The translations under genes were made by a program, and so were the position numbers. Below are positions 40,001 through 48,363 of a DNA stretch of 64,000 bases, piece by piece. The notes under the pieces are model-generated. The model saw nothing but the letters and a program-made list of their open reading frames with translations, was not told the origin of the DNA and did no database searches. Origin of the DNA: an uncultured Candidatus Saccharibacteria bacterium (lineage in GTDB: Bacteria > Patescibacteriota > Saccharimonadia > CAILAD01 > GCA-016700035); assembly GCA_964583675.1 (NCBI GenBank), contig CAZOVH010000001.1:81754-145753 (forward strand), given 5' to 3'. The stretch's first letter is position 1, and every line of letters begins with the position of its first letter.

Positions 40001-40090
40001 GGAGAGGTGTCCGAGTGGTTGAAGGAACTGGTCTTGAAAACCAGCAGGCGTGAAAGCGTCTCGTGGGTTCGAATCCCACCCTCTCCGCCA
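40001..40090 (+). tRNA. tRNA-Ser (anticodon TGA)
   Basis: GGAGAGGTGTCCGAGTGG... with anticodon loop CTTGAAA, a long variable arm and CCA encoded. Confidence 0.85.
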
Positions 40091-40121
40091 GCAATTATTT
40101 GATTCAAAAAAGGATCTCACC

Positions 40122-40445
40122 ATGAAAAAGCATATGCACGGCTTTATGGATTTTATTCGCGAGCAAGGCGTTGTCGGGCTCGCCGTTGGTTTTATTCTAG
40201 GCGCAGCGGTTGCTAAAGTGGTATCTTCGCTCGTTAACGACATTGTTAACCCGTTTGTGGGCCTTGCACTAGGCTCTGCCGATGGACTGAAGGCCGCAAA
40301 CGTAAAAGTGGCTGGAGCCACCGTTGCCTACGGTAATTTTTTGGCTACTTTGCTCGACTTCGCAATCATCGCAGCAGTCGTGTATTTAGGCGTAAAAATC
40401 CTCGGCCTTGACCGACTTGATAAGAATAAAGACGACAAAAAATAG
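40122..40445 (+). CDS. mscL: large-conductance mechanosensitive channel
   Basis: ATG at 40122 (MKKHMHGFMDFIREQGVVGLAVGFILGAA...). MscL signature and length (107 aa). The track ORF started earlier, inside the tRNA. Confidence 0.8.
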   Translation: MKKHMHGFMDFIREQGVVGLAVGFILGAAVAKVVSSLVNDIVNPFVGLALGSADGLKAANVKVAGATVAYGNFLATLLDFAIIAAVVYLGVKILGLDRLDKNKDDKK

Positions 40446-40501
40446 CGTAAAAGCTTGAGGGCTTTGCCCTTTTTTAGTAATTGCGAGATAATGGCGATAA
40501 C

Positions 40502-41041
40502 ATGCAGCCAGATACTCAAGCCCCAGAAGAAGAGCAAATAGACGAGCAGCTTCCAGAAGATGCTATCACAGAAAATCAACCGGACGAAGTCTTATTGCAG
40601 TGGCAGGTCCAGGATACAGCCCCTGAGCACAAGAGCACTCTTTGGTATGTGGTACTTGGCCTCATTGCCGCCATCATTATCGTTATCGCTATCTTCACTC
40701 AGACTTGGTTCGTGATCCCACTCGGTATCCTTGTGCCTTGGGCGCTATCACTCTATACCAATCGCGGTATTGGCGATCACAACTATGAGCTTGCTACGTT
40801 TCACGCATCTGTTGATGGCAAAATTCATGCTTACACGAACTTTAAGTCATTCTTTGTTGTTACAACAGGGAAACTTACAACTTTTGAGCTGGTGCCCGCT
40901 AAGCGCTTTGGGCAGCTCATAACACTCCACGCTAACGATGCTGAAGTCGAGGATGTGTCTGACATCCTCACGTCCGTACTCCCCGAAACCGAGCCGCAAG
41001 GCTACGTCGGAGAGTCATTCTTTAATCGCTTGAAGTTTTAG
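40502..41041 (+). CDS. hypothetical membrane protein (about 179 aa)
   Basis: Acidic N-terminus, two TM helices and a soluble C-terminal domain. Confidence 0.4.
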   Translation: MQPDTQAPEEEQIDEQLPEDAITENQPDEVLLQWQVQDTAPEHKSTLWYVVLGLIAAIIIVIAIFTQTWFVIPLGILVPWALSLYTNRGIGDHNYELATFHASVDGKIHAYTNFKSFFVVTTGKLTTFELVPAKRFGQLITLHANDAEVEDVSDILTSVLPETEPQGYVGESFFNRLKF

Positions 41042-41105
41042 CCCTTTACGAATCAGGGGAAATTAGGTAAAATAACCTCTGCTTTTTGTACCTTACATTT
41101 TGTGC

Positions 41106-41182
41106 GCGCTCGTAGCTCAGTTGGATAGAGCGTTGGTTTGCGGTACCAGAGGTCGCAGGTTCGAATCCTGCCGAGCGCACCA
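41106..41182 (+). tRNA. tRNA-Arg (anticodon GCG by eye)
   Basis: GCGCTCGTAGCTCAGTTGGATAGAGCG... with A20 in the D-loop, anticodon loop TTGCGGT, GGTTCGAATCC and CCA encoded. Confidence 0.7.
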
Positions 41183-41724
41183 TAATTATTTTCTTGTGAA
41201 TTCGGGAGGGGAATAATCCTTTCTCGATCACACCAGAAAAGTCTGGTAAGTTCATGAGATCCCGCGTGTCCCTAAGAGGAAGTGAGCCTCACCGCCTCAC
41301 GAAAGCGTAAGTCGGTCATATGGGTTTGTTAACGACCAAGCCCTATGGCGCCAAGGAACTTCGCTGCACAGAGGATCGGCAGCTGTATCTGCCCTGCTGG
41401 GCTCGTAGAAGCTCGCGGTGGATGCAGCCGTTTCGCACCTTAATACATGCAACAATTCTGGGATAAGCAACGCCCAGACGTTCGACGACAAGGCCACCCC
41501 AGCTTCGGCTTAGGTGTGCTCACAGGAATCGGGGATCCCCTGCATGTCGAACGAATAACCCCGGCATTCCTGTGATGCACACCACTGACACAGCGGATTA
41601 GATACCCGCGCCGTCACACAAGGTGGTAAGGAGGAGCATCGTCCTCCGTTGGTAACCCAGCAACCGCGGAAGTACCAACGAAAACGTAGAGATTGGGGTG
41701 CCAGGACACCCCTCTCTCGACCAA
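41183..41724 (+). other. structured noncoding spacer with colinear 16S rRNA-like conserved motifs (possible mini-16S relic/pseudogene)
   Basis: Contains GCTCGCGG...CCTTAATACATGCAA, CTGCATGTCGAACG, an exact GGATTAGATACCC, CGCCGTCACAC and GGTAACC..AACCGCGG, in 16S order, within 540 nt and with many hairpins. Confidence 0.3.
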
Positions 41725-41797
41725 GCACAGATAGCTCAGTTGGTAGAGCATTCGCCTGAAAAGCGGAAGGTCGAAGGTTCGAACCCTTCTCTGTGCT
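41725..41797 (+). tRNA. tRNA-Phe (anticodon GAA)
   Basis: GCACAGATAGCTCAGTTGGTAGAGC... with anticodon loop CTGAAAA and GGTTCGAACC. CCA is not encoded. Confidence 0.8.
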
Positions 41798-41801
41798 CGA
41801 T

Positions 41802-41874
41802 ACCCCCGTAGCTCAGCGGAAGAGCGTCCGATTCTTAACTCGGAAGGTCGCGAGATCAATACTCGCCGGGGGTG
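41802..41874 (+). tRNA. tRNA-Lys (anticodon CTT)
   Basis: Acceptor ACCCCCG/CGGGGGT and anticodon loop TTCTTAA. Unusual T-loop ATCAATA (A54). CCA is not encoded. Confidence 0.65.
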
Positions 41875-41900
41875 CAGGGCTAATGTGAGCCTTAATCACA

Positions 41901-41971
41901 CGGGCTATAGCTCAGAGGTAGAGCTGCCAGCTGGGTGCTGGTGGTCACAGGTTCAAGTCCTGTTAGCCCGA
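41901..41971 (+). tRNA. tRNA-Pro (anticodon GGG by eye; T at position 37 is unusual)
   Basis: Acceptor CGGGCTA/TAGCCCG, anticodon loop CTGGGTG and GGTTCAAGTCC. Confidence 0.55.
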
Positions 41972-42056
41972 CAACTGACTTCCACTCTCGTTGTTTTTGT
42001 AGCAGCGCCGCCAACGCTGCTCTCTGCTTGCAGAAAGCAAGGAAACGGGAAGTCAG

Positions 42057-42134
42057 GCGGGGGTAGCTCATGGGAGAGCAACTTGGGTGAAAGCCCGAGG
42101 AGGTACGTGGGTTCAAATCCCACCCCCTGCACCA
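42057..42134 (+). tRNA. tRNA-like gene with atypical 18-nt anticodon arm (identity unresolved; possibly Phe-like GAA with extra nucleotide, or pseudo-tRNA)
   Basis: Acceptor GCGGGGG/CCCCTGC, D-arm GCTCATGGGAGAGC, T-arm GTGGGTTCAAATCCCAC and ACCA encoded. The anticodon region CTTGGGTGAAAGCCCGAG is one nucleotide too long. Confidence 0.4.
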
Positions 42135-42566
42135 CCACACCTTCAGTCGGCGAGGTAAGTGGACCACTGCCTCTAGAGAGGCCTCCATTGGACCCCTCTC
42201 GAACCCAGTGGTGTGTGCCTTAAAATCAGACCGAGTCTCGTGAAAACGGGGCAAAGACAGTTTGTGGCACACTCGGGTAGCACGTCTTTCACACAGACGA
42301 AGGCCCCGAAAGACAAGCCGACGCTCGGTAAAATCCGGACACCACGAGACGCAAAACGTAAATGGAAGACACATAGCACAAGTCCGGTCCCTCATGCCAG
42401 CTTCGGCAAAAATGAGGCAACGCAAGTTGATGCATGCGACGGCATGCGCTGCACCATACCGAAGCGTGGCGATAGAAGCTCGCCTCGCTGAAAGCCTTCG
42501 GGCCGTAAAAGTTGGTGTGGCACCCGCCGGTCGGGGAGAGGTCCCCGGCCGGCACTTCTTTTTTAC
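42135..42566 (+). ncRNA. structured RNA / leader (about 430 nt) ending in a strong intrinsic terminator; T-box-like UGGCACC element immediately 5' of the terminator
   Basis: No credible ORF. Multiple long-range complementary segments. GGTGTGGCACCCGCCGG overlaps the 5' strand of the terminator. Confidence 0.25.
42526..42566 (+). terminator. intrinsic terminator (gccggtcgggga-gaggt-tccccggccggc + CTTCTTTTTT)
   Basis: 12-bp GC-rich stem followed by a T-run, 67 nt upstream of the ATG at 42633. Confidence 0.7.
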
Positions 42567-42632
42567 TCACAGTTTGCCCTCAGTATTCTTTTTTCGCTAT
42601 AGTGATTGCAACACTTACTAAAAGGAAAACTT

Positions 42633-43319
42633 ATGGCTACCACAAAAACCCCTCCCGTCGTTACGGCAACTACCTCTACCGCCACCACAGCAGCAGCATC
42701 AAATTACCCTGGAGCATTTGGCCTGTTTAAGCCAAGTAGCCAAGCAATCCGCCTAGCGTTTGTGCCACTCTTGCTCATATACGTAATCCTTTTTGCGATC
42801 GGCATAGTTGTTGGCATATTCAGCGGAGGCAATAAAGATCTGGCCGATTCACTTGGCAGTATCCTCAATATCGTCTCACAGGTTATCACCATCCCAATGT
42901 TTTCGTTCATTATCTTGTATGCGGTACGCGGTACACGCAAAGAACTTCGAGAATCGTTTGACTACGCCACTCAAAACATTTTGCGTTTCTTTGTAGCTAA
43001 CCTGCTTTCTATTCTGGCGGTCCTTGGGGGACTCATCCTGCTAGTAATCCCTGGAATTCTCATTGCGATGAAGTTCTCCATGGTAAATTACATCTTGGTG
43101 GATAACCCTAAGATGAGCGGCACAGAAGCACTTTCAAGAAGCTGGGATATGACAAAGGGCCACATGGGCAAAATCTTTGGGATCATTGGCGTTTCTATTC
43201 TTATGCTGCTGCCTATTATTACTATCGTAGGTATCATCGCTACTGTTATCCTGCTCGTACTCTACGCAGCAGCCATGCCTGTGCTCTACAACTACCTTGT
43301 CGGCAAACAAAAAGCCTAA
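42633..43319 (+). CDS. polytopic membrane protein (228 aa)
   Basis: ATG at 42633 with SD AAGGA. Thr/Ala-rich N-terminus followed by about 6 TM helices. Confidence 0.5.
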   Translation: MATTKTPPVVTATTSTATTAAASNYPGAFGLFKPSSQAIRLAFVPLLLIYVILFAIGIVVGIFSGGNKDLADSLGSILNIVSQVITIPMFSFIILYAVRGTRKELRESFDYATQNILRFFVANLLSILAVLGGLILLVIPGILIAMKFSMVNYILVDNPKMSGTEALSRSWDMTKGHMGKIFGIIGVSILMLLPIITIVGIIATVILLVLYAAAMPVLYNYLVGKQKA

Positions 43320-43388
43320 CCAAGCTAGCTCAAACCTAGAAAAACTGTAAAAATCAGGTATAATATTCCAGTTCGACCTCAGCTATCT

Positions 43389-43479
<91 letters not shown>

Positions 43480-43524
43480 CTCTGTGTCGTGAAACGCATT
43501 CACGGCAAGGACCTGGAGGCACAT

Positions 43525-44142
43525 ATGACCAAGCAAGCACATCGACTCGCAGTTCTGGTGTCCGGGAGTGGCACGCTCTTGGAGCACATGATTTCTGAAG
43601 GCCTTCCAATAGATCGAGTAATCGCAGACAAACCCTGTCGAGGTCTTCGACTTGCCAAAAAGGCAAGGGTTAAGCGGATTGAGTTCTTTCGGGAAGACTA
43701 TGGCTGGGACCAGGCGAGACAATGGAGTGATCAGCCCAATTTCAATCGTGAAGGTTTTTCCGAAGGTCTAGCAAGCTCTCTCAACGAGCGCGGCATCACC
43801 GTTGCAGCAATGGCTGGCTTCATGACAATCCTTTCACCAGGGTTCTTCTCTGTCTTCGAGGGGGTGCTACTCAACATTCATCCAGCACTCTTGCCCGCCT
43901 TCAAGGGCGAGAAAGCCGTTCAAGACGCGCTCGACGCTGGAGTGAAGATTACTGGTACAACTATCCACATCGCTACACCCGAGCTCGATGCCGGACCAAT
44001 TATCGAGCAGGAAGCGGTGCGGGTTATGGATGACGACACCGTCGATTCGCTCCACGAACGCATCAAACAAGTTGAGCGACCACTCTACGCCAGAGTGTTG
44101 CGCGAGCTTCTAGGTGGAACTCGTATTCTGCCGTCACACTAG
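43525..44142 (+). CDS. purN: phosphoribosylglycinamide formyltransferase-like (formyl transferase N-terminal domain)
   Basis: ATG at 43525 with SD GGAGG. PurN-like motifs VLVSGSGTLLE and NIHPALLPAFKG. Confidence 0.65.
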   Translation: MTKQAHRLAVLVSGSGTLLEHMISEGLPIDRVIADKPCRGLRLAKKARVKRIEFFREDYGWDQARQWSDQPNFNREGFSEGLASSLNERGITVAAMAGFMTILSPGFFSVFEGVLLNIHPALLPAFKGEKAVQDALDAGVKITGTTIHIATPELDAGPIIEQEAVRVMDDDTVDSLHERIKQVERPLYARVLRELLGGTRILPSH

Positions 44143-44167
44143 TGACGGTTTTTTTTATTTAACTGCT

Positions 44168-44575
44168 ATGCTAAAAGCTATGCAGCTCATACGAAAGCTC
44201 AAACAACATGACATCATTCCTTTATGGAGTAATCTACCGTTCTATATTCCGGCTGGCCTCGCCATACAAAAAGGCCTGCTCTGGTATGGTTTACTCATCG
44301 CGCTCGCAACAACCGTATCGCTGTATTATCATCACACCGATGAAACCGCCCTCAAAAAAACCGACCGCGTACTAGCCTACTCAGTAATTGTTGCCAACTT
44401 ATACGTCTTACACCTCAGCGGCTGGAAGCAACCATACTTCGCAATCGCACTAATTTTTGTGGCCATAGCCTTTTACTTCTTTTTTCATGGTCGTGGAGCC
44501 AAATACGACCTCTATCACGGCCTCTGGCACCTGAGTTCGGTAGTTATCACCATGATGTGCGTTTTAGCCTACTAG
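44168..44575 (+). CDS. membrane protein (135 aa, 4 TM)
   Basis: ATG at 44168 (MLKAMQLIRK...). Hydrophobic helices with His-rich loops. Confidence 0.4.
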   Translation: MLKAMQLIRKLKQHDIIPLWSNLPFYIPAGLAIQKGLLWYGLLIALATTVSLYYHHTDETALKKTDRVLAYSVIVANLYVLHLSGWKQPYFAIALIFVAIAFYFFFHGRGAKYDLYHGLWHLSSVVITMMCVLAY

Positions 44576-45228
44576 CGCTTTGCTACAGCCGCCACAAACA
44601 CCGGCCCTGAACCAGCCAATTTCAACACTCGCGCACACTCAGTAACAGTAGCGCCCGTAGTCACAACGTCATCAATGAGTAATATCCGCTTATCTTCGAG
44701 TAATGCTGAATGCTTGGTAGAAAAATTGCCCTTTACCTGCCGCCAGCGCGCCTCGCGACCAGCACCAACCTGCGGTGTGTGGACCGTGCGAGATAGGAGT
44801 TCAACATATGGCTTGCGAGAAATTCGCGATAATTCACGAGCAATCAATTGCGGGGCTACATAGCCACGCTCACGTCTTCGAGACGATGTATCGGGTACAA
44901 AAGTAATGAGATCATAATAGGGAAGTTCTGCCAACGAAAGCTTTCTCGCAAGAACGCTCGCGATATCTTCGCGGCCTTCGTATTTCAGCCCTTGAACCAC
45001 ACCTTCAACCTGGCCTTGGTAGTTCCATAAAATAGTTGCTCGACGCACGCGCGTTCGCCATTGACAACTGGAGCACACCTGCCCATCAGATGTTATTGCG
45101 TTACATAAATAGCATGCATTCTGATGTTTTTCTAAGCCTCCGCTACATGCATTACACAGCCCCGAGCCTTCATCGTTGCATAAAACACAACAGCTAGGAA
45201 CCAGTAACCTGGAAATAAGTTTCAACAA
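44572..45228 (-). CDS. comF: ComF family protein (competence protein F; PRTase fold with N-terminal zinc ribbon)
   Basis: N-terminal CxxC...CxxC, PRTase motif ILLIDDVVTTGAT and ComFC-like length. Confidence 0.7.
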   Translation of the reverse strand: MLKLISRLLVPSCCVLCNDEGSGLCNACSGGLEKHQNACYLCNAITSDGQVCSSCQWRTRVRRATILWNYQGQVEGVVQGLKYEGREDIASVLARKLSLAELPYYDLITFVPDTSSRRRERGYVAPQLIARELSRISRKPYVELLSRTVHTPQVGAGREARWRQVKGNFSTKHSALLEDKRILLIDDVVTTGATVTECARVLKLAGSGPVFVAAVAKR

Positions 45229-45302
45229 ACTTGCGTTCTCCTGTAAGTTGCCAGTATAATACGTGCTAAGATCAGGTGGAGTAAAGGATAAGGAGTTTAA
45301 CT

Positions 45303-45737
45303 ATGGCTCGTAAGCACAATCCAGACGAAGAGATTTTGCAGGACGAATTCCTCGATGACACCTCAAGCACTTCTGATGAGTGGATGGGGGAGGAAGAATT
45401 TGAAGGGCAGCTTGCTGTCGACGTATATCAAACTAAAGACAGCGTTGTTGTAAAAGCACCGATTGCTGGTGTTCGATCAGAAGATATTGATATCGCAATT
45501 TCTGAAGACGTCATGACAATTCGTGGTGATCGTAAAGAAGAAGTAATTGTAGAAAAAGAGCACTACTACGTACAAGAATGCTTCTGGGGTTCATTCTCTC
45601 GCTCAATTATCTTGCCTACCTCAACTATCGCCGAGAAGGCGCAAGCAACCCTTAAAGACGGTGTACTCACCGTAACAGTTCCGAAGGTTGTACAAGAAGA
45701 TAAGGTTAAGAAGATTAAGGTTAAGCCAGTCGCTTAA
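45303..45737 (+). CDS. Hsp20/alpha-crystallin family small heat shock protein
   Basis: 144 aa. ACD core with GVLTVTVPK. Confidence 0.8.
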   Translation: MARKHNPDEEILQDEFLDDTSSTSDEWMGEEEFEGQLAVDVYQTKDSVVVKAPIAGVRSEDIDIAISEDVMTIRGDRKEEVIVEKEHYYVQECFWGSFSRSIILPTSTIAEKAQATLKDGVLTVTVPKVVQEDKVKKIKVKPVA

Positions 45738-45781
45738 GCACTAAACCTCTGACTAAAAAACGCCCTATTACTGGGCGTTTT

Positions 45782-46042
45782 TTAGTGCTTACGAAATCGC
45801 TTCCAAAATAGCAGAGTAGCTACCGGTAAAAGAGCTAATAAAATCAGGAGTATCCACGCCAAGAGGGTAGGGGAGCAGACCGGTGCTGGAGCTCCTATCA
45901 TCTCGCATTGAACCCCAGTACAATCTATCGGTGGCGATACACAGTTTTTAAAGTCATAACTCCACCATATTTGTAACATCACCCAAAACACAGGCACATA
46001 GCTTACGGCAGTAATAAGATATGCTTTTTTGAGAGGCTTCAT
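45782..46042 (-). CDS. small membrane protein (86 aa), coupled to upstream SBP gene
   Basis: 4-nt overlap with the stop of 46039..47391. Two hydrophobic helices, Trp- and Cys-rich. Confidence 0.4.
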   Translation of the reverse strand: MKPLKKAYLITAVSYVPVFWVMLQIWWSYDFKNCVSPPIDCTGVQCEMIGAPAPVCSPTLLAWILLILLALLPVATLLFWKRFRKH

Positions 46043-47391
46043 TTTCTCGGGTAACTTACAATAATGTCGGTGGCTCGACGTTCGAGATTCTTAACCGCCA
46101 ACTGCGGATCTAACCCTGAGAGCACACTTACTGTAGCGTCATAGAAATACCCATTCATTTCCTTATCGTTACCACGGTAAAACGTCTGGGCAGAACTTAT
46201 CTGTGAGGCGAACGGACCGATCATTGCATCGCCATCTTGAGCACTTATAAGGTCTTTTCGACTTGTCGGCCTAAGTGTTTCTGAGTTAAATTTCTTCTGA
46301 TTGTCTTTGGTGGCTGCAAATCGAATAAAGTCCCATGCTATTTCTGAGTTTGATGAATTTTTATTCACCATCTCAACCCAGTATTGTGCAAAGTTTATCT
46401 CTTTTTGGTCTTTTATCTGTGGAAGTTTGGCCATCTTAAATTCTAAGCCCTGGTTAAACTGCTTTACCTCGGTAGCCTTAAATGGATAATTGATCATCAT
46501 CGCCACCTTACCTTCGGCAAAAGCCTTCACGGTATAACCAAGCGTATCTTGAAAAGCATAGTTCTGCTTCTTGGGGTTAGCGAAGCTGGTGTAATACTCC
46601 ATTGCTTTAGCTCCAGAAGCGTAGCCGCTCGCATCTGGCTGAGCAAATGTGGCTTTAGTTGGTGGTTCATCTGTCATACTCGCCCCGTTTTGCAACATGA
46701 GTGCAGACTGGATGTCGACTGACTGATGCACAAACGGGGTGCCTAGCGCCGCCCCAGATTGCGTAATAGTTTCACCTTCCCGCTTAGTAAGCTTTCGGCT
46801 CGCCTCCGTAAACTCATCCCAGTTTTTCGGGACTCCAACATTGGCCTCCTTGAGCAGCGCGGGATTGTAGTAAAGTCCTAGGGTAGAAACTCCGTATGTT
46901 ACGCCGCGAATCTTACCGTCATACAATAATCTTTGCGTAGCAGCATCAACAAAAACATCTTTATATACCTTCTCGGTATATACCGTATCTGGAGCCGGTG
47001 TGGAGTAATCTACATAGCGCGGCATCCAATCATTCAGTACCGAATATATGTCTGGTAGGTTGCCTGTTTGGGCCGCCTGAGCCAGCTCTGCATCGTAACT
47101 GCCGTAATCAATATCACGTATCTCAATCTTTACGTTTGGGTGAAGTTTTTGAAATTGATCGATAATAGGCTGCATATACCGAGCTTCATCCCATGTGCGC
47201 CAGTAGGTGAGAGTTACTTGTTTTGATTCATCGTACACGACACGACTTTCACTATCAGCAGGAGCAAGAACAGCACCAAGTCCACTCTTATCTGATTGCG
47301 TGTCGGCTGGACGTGTAGCTAAATAGAGAAACCCAGCTGCACCAAGTATGATAACAGCAACTACGCACCAAAAAAGAATTCGCTTAAGCAT
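46039..47391 (-). CDS. ABC transporter substrate-binding protein (family 1, sugar-type)
   Basis: ATG at 47391 (MLKRILFWCVVAVIILGAAG...). SBP_bac_1-like length and composition. No permease or ATPase is adjacent. Confidence 0.65.
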   Translation of the reverse strand: MLKRILFWCVVAVIILGAAGFLYLATRPADTQSDKSGLGAVLAPADSESRVVYDESKQVTLTYWRTWDEARYMQPIIDQFQKLHPNVKIEIRDIDYGSYDAELAQAAQTGNLPDIYSVLNDWMPRYVDYSTPAPDTVYTEKVYKDVFVDAATQRLLYDGKIRGVTYGVSTLGLYYNPALLKEANVGVPKNWDEFTEASRKLTKREGETITQSGAALGTPFVHQSVDIQSALMLQNGASMTDEPPTKATFAQPDASGYASGAKAMEYYTSFANPKKQNYAFQDTLGYTVKAFAEGKVAMMINYPFKATEVKQFNQGLEFKMAKLPQIKDQKEINFAQYWVEMVNKNSSNSEIAWDFIRFAATKDNQKKFNSETLRPTSRKDLISAQDGDAMIGPFASQISSAQTFYRGNDKEMNGYFYDATVSVLSGLDPQLAVKNLERRATDIIVSYPRK

Positions 47392-47457
47392 TACAACTAT
47401 TGTACCAAACCAAAAACGCCCCAAGGGGCGCATTGGCTTCTATGATAAAGGTTTTAC

Positions 47458-47835
47458 TTAAAACTGCGCGAGTACGAAGTTTACAATTGCGTAGCCAAGG
47501 AGCGCTACAACAATACCAACCACCGCATAAAGAATGGTGTCTTTAGCGGCCTGGGTGTTTTTAGAATCTCCACCGGAAAGAACATAACGCAAGCCGCCAA
47601 CTACCAGCATAATAACTGCAGCAACGCCTACGATGTAGAGTAGTATGTTCGTAACACGCCCCACAGCCTGCGGGACAGTTAGGGGACTAGCCGGACCACA
47701 CTCTACGCCGCTGTTCAGGCCGCCAGCTGGATCACCGCACGCAGCCAAAGCACGCCCTGGTAGCTGTAATACTGCGGAGACAGCAGATGCACCCAAGACC
47801 GATACCTTTAAAACTGAGTTGCTAGTAAACTTCAC
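47458..47835 (-). CDS. TrbC/VirB2-like pilin (125 aa)
   Basis: Signal peptide, Cys pair, two TM helices and the C-terminal motif NTQAAKDTILYAVVGIVVALLGYAIVNFVLAQF. Confidence 0.6.
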   Translation of the reverse strand: MKFTSNSVLKVSVLGASAVSAVLQLPGRALAACGDPAGGLNSGVECGPASPLTVPQAVGRVTNILLYIVGVAAVIMLVVGGLRYVLSGGDSKNTQAAKDTILYAVVGIVVALLGYAIVNFVLAQF

Positions 47836-47850
47836 GAAAACCTAGGATTT

Positions 47851-48228
47851 TTACGCTGCAAACTGACCGAGTACAAAGTTAACAATCGCATAGGCAAGAA
47901 GGGCTACAACGATACCGATAACCGCATAAAGAATGGTGTCTTTAGCAGCCTGGGTGTTTTGTGAGCTACCACCAGAGAAGATGTAACGGAAACCACCAAC
48001 GATGAGCATAATCACCGCAACTACACCAATAACAAAGAGCATGGTGTTGGTGATGGTTTGAATATTTGCTACAAGATCAGTCTGCTGATCGTCACCCTTA
48101 GCAGCACTTGCACCTTCGTTAATTCCGCCTACTGCGGCTGAAGCGTGTCCTGCAAGTGAAGCTGCCACTACGGCATTACCAGCCAGCACGAGTGAACCTT
48201 TTTTAAGTAAATCTTTTGCATTACGCAT
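47851..48228 (-). CDS. TrbC/VirB2-like pilin paralog (125 aa)
   Basis: Same architecture and a near-identical C-terminal motif (NTQAAKDTILYAVIGIVVALLAYAIVNFVLGQF). Confidence 0.6.
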   Translation of the reverse strand: MRNAKDLLKKGSLVLAGNAVVAASLAGHASAAVGGINEGASAAKGDDQQTDLVANIQTITNTMLFVIGVVAVIMLIVGGFRYIFSGGSSQNTQAAKDTILYAVIGIVVALLAYAIVNFVLGQFAA

Positions 48229-48363
48229 ATTGTGTATTGTCTCCTTGACTTCTAATAATAGCTAAGTGGGCGAGTGCACACTACTAGGCACATTCTACTG
48301 CAAGGAGAGATATATCAGCAAGCGTTATGGGCAAAATTCTTATGCTTGCACTAAGAAAAGTCT

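Noticed and set aside
41183-41724. Alternative that the 16S-like motifs include the 515F site (CCAGCAGCCGCGGTAATAC), implying a scrambled order
   Set aside because: AACCGCGG preceded by GGTAACC fits the 3'-terminal GGTAACC...CTGCGG region better, which makes the motif order colinear with 16S. A scrambled concatenation was therefore not favoured.
41614-42730. Track ORFs up to 177 aa on both strands across the tRNA cluster and the 430-nt structured RNA
   Set aside because: They run through four or five tRNA genes and hairpin-rich RNA and their composition is poor. The region is better explained as RNA genes.
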